The position numbers were made by a program, and so were the translations under genes. Of a stretch of DNA of 64,000 nucleotides, positions 44,081 through 61,508 are shown piece after piece. The notes beneath the pieces are model-generated. The model did no database searches. It saw nothing but the letters and a program-made list of their open reading frames with translations, and was not told where the DNA came from. This DNA comes from the human T2T-CHM13v2.0 reference genome, Homo sapiens, in the NCBI RefSeq assembly GCF_009914755.1, contig NC_060925.1. One strand, given 5' to 3'. Positions within the stretch are counted from its first letter, which is position 1. The number at the start of each line of letters is the position of its first letter.

Positions 44081-44259
44081 CTTTTAGCCAGGACACTGGA
44101 GTGAGCTGATTGTACACTTTATATGTTGGGAGTTAAGGGGGAGGAAGGCATTGGGCTCAGGGGCACAGAGAATGCACAATTAAGAAGCTGAAGCACAGAT
44201 GGATCTGTGCATGTGTGGTGCAGAGGAGAAAGAGAAGGATTGGGGTTTGAGGTACTTAC

Positions 44260-44510
44260 TTCCCGGATGGCCCCATCACAGACTCGAATGACGTTAAGGA
44301 ACGTGGGCATGACCTGGGGCAGGAACTGCACACATTTGAGTCCCAGGGACTTGAAGATGAAGGTGATGGCCTGGACAACCATGGTGTGATGATGAGAGAG
44401 TGACTGGTCTCGGAAGATCCGCATCAGGGCCACCATGGACACAGCTGGGTAGAACTCATCCAGAGGCAAGTTTCCCATGTTGACCAGCATTTCACTAGTG
44501 CTATAGTCAG
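44260..44510 (-). CDS. MTOR: MTOR exon 19
   Basis: DYSTSEMLVNMGNLPLDEFYPAVSMVALMRIFRDQSLSHHH...VCDGAIRE|gtaagt; 251 nt. Confidence 0.97.
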
Positions 44511-45424
44511 CTAGGACAAAACAACAGAGAGTGTTAGAGCTACACATGGCATGACGTGACTTCAGGCAGAGCATGGTTAGTAACAAACAACCTCCTAACA
44601 GACATTAGCATTCATATCTTTCTTCCTAGTATGTTCTAACACTGTTGGGAGTTCAAGGTCTATTAGGAACCAATGAATAGCCTCTCACCATCAAGGAGTA
44701 AACGGTTTTTGGCTTTTCTATTACTCAAACCACAAAAGCCTAAAACAGTACATGATGGGTTGGTTTTCTCTAAATTGCTCTGTTTAATTTAGCTTCTTAC
44801 CGTTCACAACTTCATAACTGAAACCATCAATAAAAATAATTACTCCCCCAAAATAAAGTAAAGGGAATTAAATTAGGCAAACATCTGTTCAGCAGCTCCT
44901 TGGTTCCCCTAGGGAATTCAGACAAGTTGGTAGGCAAATACTACCTACCTGACTTGAACAGTAAGGACCTCAAGGACTCTGACGGTGGCAGCGGGGGCAG
45001 TGGCAAGGGAGGGAGGTATACTAACATGAAGAGTGCAGCGAGGAGGGTAAGAACTAAACAGATGAAGAGCTGGGCTGACTGGTGCCATGAATAAGGAAGA
45101 ACACCAGGAGCAGCATGGCTCAGGCCCTGCTCTCAACAGCTATGGGGCTGACAGAATGACATCACAGGCATGCCTCTCTAATACCAGAAGAGGAAGAAAT
45201 GTGAAGCAATATGATCCCATCTAGAAAGTTCAGAAACAATTTATTTTGGGGTAATAATATTTTCCTGGAATAGTTGGGAGAATCAATGTTAACTTTCAAT
45301 GTCAGAAATAGGCCTGCCCTGAGGGAATATGGGTTAAGTCTAGAAAACCCTCCTGCAACCCCATACCCCACCCCCATTCACTCAGGCTACTTGTCAAAAG
45401 GCAACGGGCTATACAAAAAGTATC

Positions 45425-46018
45425 GAGGTGTGGTGGCACACGCCTGTAGTCCCAGCTACTTGAGGGGCTGAAGCAGGAGGATCACTTGAGCCCAGGAGGT
45501 CGAGGCTACATCATGCCACTGTACTTCAGCCTGGGTGACAAAGTGAGACCCTGTCTCCAAAAAAATAAAATTAAGTTAAAATAAAAACAATAAAAGGCAA
45601 TGGGCAACAGACCACCAGAAATTATTCCACCTGTCTAACTGGAACCTTGCACTCATTCACCAACCTCTCCCTATTCCCCCTCCCTGAGTCAATTAAAAAT
45701 AAAACAAACCTTTAAAAAAAAAAAAAAGGCGTCCAGGCACAGTGGCTCATGCCTGTAATCCCAGCATTTTGGGAAGCTGAAGCAGGCAGATCACTTGAGG
45801 TCAGGAGTTTGAGAACAGCCAGGCCAACATGGCAAAACCCCTCCCTACTAAAAATGCAAAAATTAGCCAGGTGTGCTGGTGTGCACCTGTAGTCCCAGTT
45901 ACCTGGGAGGCTGAGACAGAAGAATTGCTTGAACTCGGGAGGCAGAGGTTGCAGTGCTGTATTCCAGCCTGGGCAACAGAGTAAGACTCTCCATCTCAAA
46001 AACAAACAAACAAAAAAA
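45425..46018 (+). mobile_element. Alu right monomer (about 45425-45590) and Alu (about 45728-46018)
   Basis: Alu consensus. Confidence 0.8.
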
Positions 46019-46516
46019 GGCAGTGCAGCTCTTGGGCCAGACCATTTCACGGAAAAAAGAGCCCCAAATTTCTGATTGCTGCTAGTTTTCCCTATGGCCC
46101 TGAGCCTCGCCTCTGATTTCCCTATCAATTAAAACAGGAAGAATCAATTCTATCCTCTTCTTCTGTAGATACCATGGGAATGAGAACCATCAAAGAGGCA
46201 CTAAGAAAGAATGAGAGATAGATAGAGGTGATGGGGTGATAATGTGTATCTCTTGCATTGGCATCAAAAAGCAGACAGACTTGGCATGCCAACCCTTGAC
46301 AAAGAATCTAGACAGACATGAGGACTCTGGCCACAATGGGAAGCAGCAACCCTTCCGGGATTCAAGAAGAAACTACTGACTTTTCATTCAAAAGTTGCTA
46401 CACGAGCCAATATCCTATAATTTCTCAGTAATCCAGCTCCAGACTTTCTAAACACAACCAGCAAGGGCTCTGTGAGTGAGAACTTGGCAAGTCTTTCATG
46501 GCTACCCCCAACTTAC

Positions 46517-46646
46517 AGGAATCCTGACTTGACTTGGATTCTGACAGGCTGACAGCAGAGGCATCCCGGGACTGGTCTATCATGCCAATGTTCACTTTGT
46601 GCTTGTAAGGATCCAAAGCCCCTAAAAGCCCTAACACACGGATGGC
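46517..46646 (-). CDS. MTOR: MTOR exon 18
   Basis: AIRVLGLLGALDPYKHKVNIGMIDQSRDASAVSLSESKSSQDS|gtaagt; 130 nt. Confidence 0.97.
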
Positions 46647-46891
46647 CTGCGTGGGAAAGGGGAGGGAAAAAAGAAAACATTCATCACAACATGATTACAA
46701 CAAGTATCACGGATACTCCTCTCAGGTTACATAATCCCCAGTTCATATCCAAATGACCAGCTACATGAACAAAATTGGAGAGGGACAGGAAGTCTGACTG
46801 ACACTGTCAGAGCATGTTAATGCTGCAACCATCTCTCTCTTGCCATCGTCCCAGCAAAGTCTTTAAAGACCAAGTTTGCCACGTCCCCTAC

Positions 46892-47026
46892 CTCTCTGCG
46901 TGTACCCTGGTTCTGCTCAGTCTTCAGAAAATTCAGTAGCACCTCAAGCAAAGTAGGGTACTTCCTGTAGGGCTCTACTACATAGCCAGTGCTGGCCACC
47001 AACTGTCCCAGGGTCCACAGAGCCAC
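46892..47026 (-). CDS. MTOR: MTOR exon 17
   Basis: VALWTLGQLVASTGYVVEPYRKYPTLLEVLLNFLKTEQNQGTRRE; 135 nt. Confidence 0.97.
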
Positions 47027-47329
47027 CTGGATAGGCACAAGAACACGATTCAATGAGCCAGTACGAGAGAAAAGAAAGCATAGTTGAACTCTTTGTATAA
47101 TGATTATAATGAAGTGTTAGAGGCTGTAAGAAGAAAAGAGGTTTCCAGTAAAGACACTAACCATGAGCAGAAATCCCAAAAGGGCATAAAACCAAGGTTG
47201 ATCAAGCACACAACCCTGCAACAATCACTGGATCAAGAGACAAAGAAAATTCCCACCTTTCTCAAAGAAAACACATCATTCTTCCATATCCCAAATGATT
47301 AACAGGAGATTCAAAAGGAAATTAAGATT

Positions 47330-47606
47330 TTTTGTTGTTGTTGAGACAGGGTCTCACTGGAGACTGGAATGCAGTGGTGTGATAACAGTTCACTGCAGCC
47401 TTAATCTCCTGGAATCGAGTGATCTTCCCATCTTAGCCTCCAAGTAGCTGGGACTACAGGCACATGCCACCATGCCCAGCTATTTTTTTTTTTTAGTAGA
47501 GACAAAGTCTCATCATGCCCAGGTTGCTCTCGCTCTGGAGCTCAAGCAATCTTCCTGCCTCAGCCTCCCAAAGTGCTAGGATTACAAGTGTGAGCTGCCA
47601 TGCCCA
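47330..47606 (-). mobile_element. AluJ-like
   Basis: reverse Alu. Confidence 0.82.
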
Positions 47607-48027
47607 GAAATAAATTAAGACTGTTCTTAATTTTAGTCTAGTCATCTAATAGCCTCAAATTGGGAAAGCAGAACCAGGGCTGGGCAAGGATGAGCTAAAC
47701 TTCTGTTCCTTCATAGGCAGTGGCCAAGGCTTTCTTTTTCCCTCTGAGAGCTACGGCTCTGACAATTGACCTGCATTTTCTTTTGTATAGACAAAATGGC
47801 ACTAGTCAGCCCCGATAATTACTGAAACTGACTCTGGGTCAGGACAACAGGTAATTCTGGTTTCAAATCTTTCTAACTTTTACTCATTCAACAAATATTT
47901 TTGAGCACCTACTATGTGTCACACTCTGTTCTAGGCACTGGGTGAGGACACTAAGGTGAATAAAGAGAAGCAAAGTCCCTGGACTCATGGGGTCTGTCTT
48001 GCTCAATCAGGAAGCAGTAATACTCAC

Positions 48028-48120
48028 CTGCCTTTTGGCCAACAAAGAGGAATCCTGGAGCATGTCCATGATGATAATAAAAAGTTCATCAACCCATTTC
48101 CTCATTTCCAGGCCACTAAC
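48028..48120 (-). CDS. MTOR: MTOR exon 16
   Basis: [31 protein letters not shown]|gtgagt; 93 nt. Confidence 0.97.
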
Positions 48121-48184
48121 CTGCAAAATGAAAAAGAGGGTGGCAGAAAGGGTTAGAAATTCTGGCATTAGAAAGTATTTTGGA

Positions 48185-48486
<302 letters not shown>

Positions 48487-48502
48487 TTTTTTTTAAAAAA
48501 GC

Positions 48503-48913
<411 letters not shown>

Positions 48914-48989
48914 TAGTATTTTGACTTCCTTAGAGGTTAGTTTCTTTTCCACCCTATCTCCGCTATGGAAAAAGTAGCTGCCCCTTTAC

Positions 48990-49079
48990 CTGTGCCAATT
49001 CTCCTATTGTTGCCAGGACATTATTGATCACACCTGGGTTTGGATCAGGGTCTGGATCTTTCAGTTTCAAAATTAATGC
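48990..49079 (-). CDS. MTOR: MTOR exon 15
   Basis: ALILKLKDPDPDPNPGVINNVLATIGELAQ|gtaaag; 90 nt. Confidence 0.96.
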
Positions 49080-49734
49080 CTAGAGAAAGAAGTTATGAGA
49101 AAATGAATGCAGATTAGACTCTACTAGAAACCTTTCTTTTATATAAGTAAAATTCACCCAAGAGACCATCTCAGTCATAAAGAAATTCCTTCTAGGCTTT
49201 ATGAATCCAAGATTTCTCTGGAATGTAAATTCTCAAACTTTTCTCCATATGAAGTCTAAGTCTGACATGTGAGAGAGCTGGGAAGCACCATAATGTGAAA
49301 GTATTTCTCATGTCTCCTCTAAACCGAGTCTCAGTGATTGTTCATCCAGATTAACATACATTATAAAGGACTTCACGTGACTCTAATGTGTTGAGATTTG
49401 AAGGTTGTTTCAGATTTTCAAGCTCATTTTTTCCTCATTTTGGGCGAGCTATTTTATGCTACTATCTACCTACTTCTCCTTTCCAAACATCTGCGATGAT
49501 GTGCCTGAAGCATTAACTCTTACCTCTTGTAAGGACAGCACTTTCCTGCAACTGATAAGATTCTTGGTATTCTTTAACTGAAAGTGCTTGATATGGCCCT
49601 TTGGTCTCCAAGCGTGAGAGCAAAGAAATCACCTACTTTGTTCAGTGTACTAGTGAACACTGAAACACTCCCATCTCCCCATATGAGCTGATGACAACGC
49701 ACAGAGAAAGCACCAGCCTCTCGGTTTGTGTTAC

Positions 49735-49857
49735 CTTCAGAATAGGCTCCATGTAGGGGCGGATGAGTCGGGGGGCATTGGAGACCAGGTGCCCCAGCAT
49801 GCGGGCACTCTGCTCTTTGATTCTTCCAATCCCACTGTGCTCCAACTCTGTCAAAAT
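49735..49857 (-). CDS. MTOR: MTOR exon 14
   Basis: [41 protein letters not shown]|gtaac; 123 nt. Confidence 0.97.
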
Positions 49858-50847
49858 CTGTAGGGAAGAAAGGCTCATATGTTCTCTATGGCAGAAGACA
49901 TTCTAGAGAGAGACTGTGTCCAACAGAAAAAGTGGCAGGGAACTGGGGGAAAAACCCAGACCTCCACGACAGATGAAGTAGCTGCTAGATACTCAATGAG
50001 CAACAGACTTTTCTGCAACAGGCAGAACAGCCTTAGATACAGCTGTGACAGGAAGAAAAACTATTCGAAAACCTGCTCCCTTTCCTTTTATCACAGCACT
50101 CCAATGTCCCATGGCCCTCTCTAAAGCAGAGCTTTTAACCATGTAGCACAGCCAGAGAAGACTGAGAAAACCAACAGGGAGAGCTGTGAGTAGGGTTCTA
50201 TAAAAATGAGGAAAGAAGGTAGGGCCCCTTGGGAGAAAAATCTTTGTCCAGACAGCAAATTACTGAAGACTACAAATAATGGCAAAGGAATCAAAGAACA
50301 GTTAGAACAGCTATGATGCCAAGAGAAGTGCTGATACTCTGTAGCTGTTTGGGGCATATCTAGATAAACCTCAATAGGTGGGGATCACACTGGCAGGATC
50401 CCCCGAAGCCTTACTGACTGGAGATAACACATTGGTTCTAGCTGACATCCTTAGGACACCAGCAAATCAGCATATCTTGCTCATGGTGACATAGACAGCA
50501 TAATATAGACAGATTTCTGGATAAAGCTGCCAGAAGGAAATCGATGAGCAGTGACAAAAGCAGATGTCACAGAGCTCAGGTTAACTCAGCTACCCAGAGG
50601 AGTCTACAATTTAACATTACATTTTGTCTTAGGTTACTGACTTAATAACCCGATTTTTCTGGATTCCCCTGGCAGCCTGTTTTCCCCAGTCATAGCAGAC
50701 CACAGGGAAAAGAAATGAAGGGGATACTGAGAATAGACCTGCAGCACCAAGAAGACATGGCTGACTGCAAGGAAATGTGCCTCACGGAGCAGAGCCCAAC
50801 TATCTGCAGCAGTGCGGGGCCAATCCAAAGAACCCCAGGTTCACTTA

Positions 50848-52433
<1,586 letters not shown>

Positions 52434-53434
52434 TGAGGAATGTTTTTAAGACTTAAAATGGCAGGCACTTCTAACGCAGGCCGGCAGTTAAATAAATCAT
52501 TACGCTAAAAATAGAAGTGCCAACATAAGTACAACTTCCTAATTTGTTGACTGATGATATAATTTACAGCCACTTTATAACAAATTGTGAACAAACATTT
52601 CTCTAGAGTGAGTTACATATATTAATGATTTTCTATGTTTAAGTTCCTTATATGTTATAAAAAGTGTTTACTTCAAAACAAACCATGAAGGAGGATCAGG
52701 AAGCAAACAGTGAGCAATGGGGACAGGAAATGACTGGGTGAGCAACATAGAGACCCACAAGAGGCAGGTGGAAATAACTTCACCAGGCAGGACTGGTGTA
52801 TTGGCAGGACTCCATGTATTGCTCACCAGGAGGCCACAGATCTTACTCAGTAGGTGAAGACAAAAACTGAGGAGCCATGTCTCCAGAGCAATTCTACCTT
52901 ACGCTACAGACCAAGCAGCTGAGCTTGGCATTCTCATATTATTTAAGAACGAAAGCCAGGATCACAGACTGGAGCAATGACTATTAGAACAAATAGTGGA
53001 AACGGTCTCACACTGGTTATTTTTGTGAAGAACAACGGCCTCCGTGCTTGACCTGGCACCAGCAAGAAAAGCAGGAGAGCTGAAGGATAGGGAGGCGCTG
53101 GGAAGTCTGACACCATCTGCAGCAGATCAACCCAGCAAGCAAAGAGGGCCAAGAAATGGGATCACTGGTGACTTGCCAGGAAAAAGAAAGAGCTGCATGA
53201 GAGGACTCTGAACCACCTTAGAGTCATATTGACAAAGGGCTCATGAGGTGATGAGCACTGGAACTGCCATTATAAAGCCAGGGAAACATTTGGACCTTTG
53301 CAGACAAATGCGGCTTTTACCAGGTACCTCAATCTTTCTCCCCCATCCTTGTCCTCAACTCCGCTTCCTCAAGCAGTTCTCACAGCGAGAGTCCTGTCTT
53401 CCCTGCCTGTGGGTCTGGCCATCACCTCGGTTAC

Positions 53435-53640
53435 CTGGATGAGCATCTTGCGCAGGAAAGGCATGACAAAGGCAGGGTTCATGCTACTGAGTCGGCCCAC
53501 AGTGCAGATGGCCAGCTCCCGGATCTCAAACACCTGGTCATTCAGAGCCACAAACAAGGCCTGCAAGTTCTCCGCCTGGGCCAGGTGTGCATCAAAGCGC
53601 TCGTCCAGGGACGCCAAGACACAGTAGCGAATGTCAGGGT
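53435..53640 (-). CDS. MTOR: MTOR exon 13
   Basis: (D)PDIRYCVLASLDERFDAHLAQAENLQALFVALNDQVFEIRELAIC...MLIQ; 206 nt. Confidence 0.97.
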
Positions 53641-53993
53641 CTGCAAGAGCAATGGAGCCTTTGAACATTTCCTCATGATCCCATCACTCCAGCCCTTCCC
53701 AGCTTCTACCTCCACTGCCATCAGCGTAGTGGGAAGATTCCAGATGCTTTTTCTCATCTAACCTCTGTCATTCTTTTCTCTACTCACAAGAGTAAAAGAC
53801 AAAAGAATTAAAGGTAGATTATCTTACACCAAAGGCTACAGTAGCCATGCCTAACACGCCTTGGCAGAGAAATAGCTGAATATCAGCTTTTTGAGCCGAA
53901 GAACTCTAGAGAGGCCATGTAATGAAACTGGCTACTCCCAATTGTCCTAAGCTCCTTAACTCCCCTAGATTCCTTCTGTCTGGCAAGCCTTAC

Positions 53994-54209
53994 CAGGATC
54001 TGTTATCCCAACTACGAGCAGTTTGCTAAGCACATCTGCCACCACTTGCACTGCGGTCTGGCTAACCACATGAGCATGGCCACTGATGAGGTGGATGGAG
54101 GGTGTGAGCAGGCGGGAGCAGGTGCGGGCAGCCTCCATGCGGATCTCCTTGTGCTCACTGTTCAGGAAATGATCCGCACAGTGGCGAACAAATTGGGTCA
54201 GAGAGTGGC
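53994..54209 (-). CDS. MTOR: MTOR exon 12 (not in ORF track)
   Basis: (G)HSLTQFVRHCADHFLNSEHKEIRMEAARTCSRLLTPSIHLISGHAHVVSQTAVQVVADVLSKLLVVGITDP|gtaagg; 216 nt. Confidence 0.96.
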
Positions 54210-54345
54210 CTGGATAGAAAGGCAGAGAGAAAACAGAATAAACACTGCTGCTGTAGACAGGTAGGTCTGCAGCTTGCTAGCTGAATTTTCCATTTTGAGG
54301 CTACTAATTCTACTTTCAACTAGATATTGATCAATACGATACTGA

Positions 54346-54664
<319 letters not shown>

Positions 54665-55206
54665 TGACCCAGAACTTTTAAAGGGTAACAAGGGGGATTT
54701 CAATCAGCAGAAAGGTAAAAGGGGGTGGTGAAGGAGCAAAGAGACAGATAAAAGGTATCCCCCAATCCTAGCCTTTTTATATTCCCTTTAAATAATAAAT
54801 TATTTTGTTTTATTCCAACTCAACCCCTTACATTCTCAGAGGATAATACAATTCTTGATCAAATTTACCTTGCCTCTTTTAGTTCCCGGATTTAAATACC
54901 AGACAAAGAGTCTGTGTAGGCTGGGTTTAAACATAGCTACTTTCTATTCACTAGAAATAAATTATCATGGGTGTGAATCAATGTTAAGTGGAGGAACTGC
55001 AATAGAGAAACCATGGGTGGCTGTCTCCAGACAGCATGTTCAGGCTTTCTGTACTTGCTTGTTTCCCCACATTCTTGACCAATACTACCTATATGATCTT
55101 AAATTTCAAAAGTATCAACTTCTCCCCCTGAAATATATCTCTGTGGGGTATTATTATGGGTTTATTTGCAGTTTAGAACTACACAGTATGGTACTTTTAG
55201 AAATCA

Positions 55207-55564
<358 letters not shown>

Positions 55565-55893
55565 TTATACATTTTAAAGCATTACATACCATCTCAGCTA
55601 CAAAGAAGTGGAAAAGTGAGGATGTGAGGGGGATCTGTCTCTGAAGCATTATTTCCTTGGATCAACGTATACTTTCCCTCAAACCATTTGCCCCCAAACT
55701 CAGTATGGGACAAAGAAACAAAAGTAGGAATTACCAATACGTGGAAAGAGTCTAGGAAGGATGAGCTGCTACAGAATCAGCTACCCTGTCTTTAGCACCC
55801 CAGCAAGATCCAGGAATCCTAGATACCTTCATTCCTTTCCCAAAGTTTCCAGCATCTCTCACTATCTTGGCAAGAGCCGTTGTAATTTCTTAC

Positions 55894-56138
55894 CTTCAAA
55901 TTCAAAGCTGCCAAGCGTTCGGAGGGCAAGAGTGATGCTGCCCACATCGCTGGCCTCAGGGAGGGTCGTGAGGCCAGGAGAGGCCAGCTGATGGGCCAGG
56001 CCCTTGGGCATGCCTGGGTGGCGAAGGGGTTTGTGCATAAGGACCAGGGACAGCATTTTCAGTAGCCCATCTTGAATGTCCTTCTTTAGCTGTGGAATCT
56101 GACGGCTCAGGTCGTAGAGCACTGCAGTGAGGGCAGGG
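55894..56138 (-). CDS. MTOR: MTOR exon 11
   Basis: PALTAVLYDLSRQIPQLKKDIQDGLLKMLSLVLMHKPLRHPG...TLGSFEFE|gtaag; 245 nt. Confidence 0.97.
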
Positions 56139-56631
56139 CTGAGGGGAAGGAAACAAGTCACATAAGGGCTGGGCACATGACACTCAGTCTGTTCTTGGGA
56201 AGAAACAGCTTTCTCTCCCAGCAAGGGGATCAGGCCTCTGTTCTTCAGAGTAGAAAGGATATTATAAAATAAGAATAAAAGTGTAAACTCTCTTGGCTTA
56301 GTCTCAGGTCTCCAAACAATCTATGAGTTTCTGGTTCTTGCCACAGAAGACTTGCTCACTATAATTCAGCCACTACAGAAGACCAAGTCTCAACAAACAC
56401 TCTGGGAAGCAGATTAAGAACACTGTCCTTATTTTACAGATGAAGAGAACTTAGTTTAGGAAGCTTAAGCAACTTGCTCAATAATAATATACACAATATT
56501 TGCAAATATTTATTGAGTACTTCCTATATGCCAGGCATGGTGCTAAGAGTGACTATACCATGAACCCACAGCAACCCTAGGCAATAAGAATTACTATTGC
56601 ACCCACTTTTCAGATTAAAAAAAAAAAATGA

Positions 56632-56947
<316 letters not shown>

Positions 56948-57143
56948 TTAAATAACTTAGTCAAGATCATATAGAAAGCTAGTGATGAAACTAGGATTCA
57001 GTACTAGCCTGTGTGTTTAGTCTAAGCTATCCTGTCCATCCAGTTGAATGTGCAAACAACCATGCCTCATTCTTTTAACAGTCCCAACACTGGGGGCCAA
57101 GCCTCACGCTGATACAGGGCAAGCTCAGGTTTCTGACACCCAC

Positions 57144-57272
57144 CTTAGTCCCACTGCCAGCATGGGCTCCAGCAGCTCCTTGATATCCTGCTGGATGCCT
57201 GGCCCCATTGCTCGAGCCAGCATGCTGATGCAAGTGAAGACTGTGGCATCCACCTGCATTGCCTTCTGCCTC
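57144..57272 (-). CDS. MTOR: MTOR exon 10
   Basis: RQKAMQVDATVFTCISMLARAMGPGIQQDIKELLEPMLAVGL(S)|gtgggt; 129 nt. Confidence 0.97.
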
Positions 57273-57672
57273 CTGTAGAGAAATGGAGAGTGGCTAGTTG
57301 AGACATAATGACATTCTTTAATGTCCCACCTCAAAATCACCTTGGGGCAAGGAGAGTAGGTTACTCAGGCAGGGCTACCACAGATGGGTATGCAAATTGT
57401 CCAGAGCACAGTTCAAAGGGACCCATCACATCACAATTACTGTAGATTTGTACATTTCTACAACAATCCAGCAGATGGCAGTAAAGTGTCTTAAGGAAGG
57501 GGCCTTTTTTCTGAATTCACACAGCTATACCATATGGGTTATTGTGGTGCTCACCAAGATAATTATGTAGGAAGAGAGCTGAACAATGTGTTCATCAGGG
57601 ACAAGAAGGCAGTACACAGCCATCATATGGAAAGAAATTCTTCTATGATGAGAATGCTGGGCTTTAGAATGG

Positions 57673-58132
<460 letters not shown>

Positions 58133-58704
58133 TTAATTCACCACAGCAATCTTCGCTAATAAACAGGGAAGTATAAAGACAACCTGAGACAAAGGATGAT
58201 GAACACTGACCCCCTCGCCTTAGCGAAGACACCCCAGTCTCTCCATCTGGCAGGATGCTGAGGGGTTTTCTCATATTTTATTCGCCAGGAGGTTTAAAGA
58301 GGTGGAATAACTTATTCAACTTCAGCGATGAGGAAAAAGATGACCCTTAGGTCCCTTCAGTTCCAGTCAAGGATTCCTCTCTTTAGGTCTTATATCAAAA
58401 TAAGACTTTTAAAAGCCAGAGAAAAAAGCAAAACTAGCAGATTCCCAGTAAATAATAACACTGAAAATAGCATTGGCATCTCACATGTTCTCAGGGTATT
58501 CAACCTCCCCAAATATTTCATATATGTTATTTCATTTGGAAAAGCTTAGAATTCAACTAAGGAAGGGCTGTTCTTCATATGATTTGCTATACCCTGGAGT
58601 TTAATGATGCAAAAAATGGGCGTAAGCTCCGTGGATCTGAAATAGAGCGTCCTTCCTCTCCAACCAAATGGAGTGGAAGGTGAAATCATAACAGAGGTGC
58701 TTAC

Positions 58705-58891
58705 TTATGGGCGAAGTCCTTTGGGGGCAGGGCCGCTCGGATGATGTCCAGCACGCGAGGCAAATAGACCTTAAACTCAGACCTCACAGCCACAGAAAGT
58801 AGCCCCAGGGCTTGGAAGGCCGCTGTACGTTCCTTCTCCTTCTTGACACAGCTTAGGACATGGTTCATGGTATCTTGGAGATACTGGGTAT
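58705..58891 (-). CDS. MTOR: MTOR exon 9
   Basis: (D)TQYLQDTMNHVLSCVKKEKERTAAFQALGLLSVAVRSEFKVYLPRVLDIIRAALPPKDFAH(K)|gtaagc; 187 nt. Confidence 0.97.
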
Positions 58892-59000
58892 CTGAGCACA
58901 GAAAAGACAAAGTAGATAGCTCCAGGTCAGGGTTAGGGTCTACATATCAACAGTCAAAGGTCCTATAAAGCAATTCAGTTTAAGAATAAATTAAGAAAGT

Positions 59001-60595
<1,595 letters not shown>

Positions 60596-61206
60596 TAATA
60601 CTGAGCACTGTTTGCAATAAACAGGCCATTCCATTCAGCATAGGCCTGGAAATCATTTTGCTATTACCTAGAGATTTTTATGACAGTTATATTTAATAGA
60701 AGAAGATTTAGTCTATAATTTGGAAAGCCACATGTATATTTTCATTAGGTTCACATAAGCCAGTGTGCATGGGTAGGCGATTCTCATACAATCCAAGCTA
60801 AAGTGTTATTTCTCCTCTGAAGGCTGGAATTTCCTGATTCTTGCTTCTTGTCTATTTATTTCTTCTCTTCCATTGATGTTGGTCCCAAGTCCAGGCACCA
60901 GTAGTACACATAAAATAGGAGAGAAGGGAAAACCACACATCCCTTAGGAAGTTAGGGATACTGAAAGCTACCAGAACCACATTTAGACAATGAATTAGAC
61001 TTCTAAAATAGCACATGCTATGACTGCATTTACTCTGAGAAATGTTTTCTCCCATGGCTCTTGTGGTCAAATGACAATGAGGCATGCTGGGGCTTGAAGA
61101 CAGGTGACCAAGGAGATACAACCCTAAAATTAGAGTGGGTCAACAAGAAAAACTAAGGGGATAGCATTTCGGCAGGAAACGGGGTAAAATCAAGAGCATA
61201 ATTTCC

Positions 61207-61508
61207 TGGCAAGGCGCCACAGCTCATGTCTGTAATCCCAAGCACTTTGGGAGGCCAAGGCAGGAGAATTGCTTGAGCCCAGGAGTTCAAGACCAGCCTG
61301 GGCAACACAGTGAGATCCCAAATCATCTCTACAAAAAATAAATTTAAAAAATTAGCCAGGAGTGGAGACTCATGCCTGTGGTCCTACCTACTTGGGAGGC
61401 TGAGGTGAGAGGATCGCTTGAGCTCAGTAGGTCATGGCTGCAGCGAGCTGAGATCGCATTACTGCACTTCAGCCTGGGTGACACAGCAAGACCCTGTCTC
61501 AAAAAAAA
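61207..61508 (+). mobile_element. AluJ-like
   Basis: Alu consensus; TSD-like caagag...ataattt on both sides. Confidence 0.83.

Noticed and set aside
52464-52521. 10-bp inverted repeat ggcacttcta/tagaagtgcc enclosing 38 nt, possible pre-miRNA
   Set aside because: Interior does not pair; stem too short
57580-57594. Palindromic GRE/ARE-like TGAACAatgTGTTCA, tempting because ANGPTL7 is glucocorticoid-induced
   Set aside because: Eight fixed bases give about one chance hit per window of this size, and it is 52 kb from ANGPTL7; needs GR ChIP evidence
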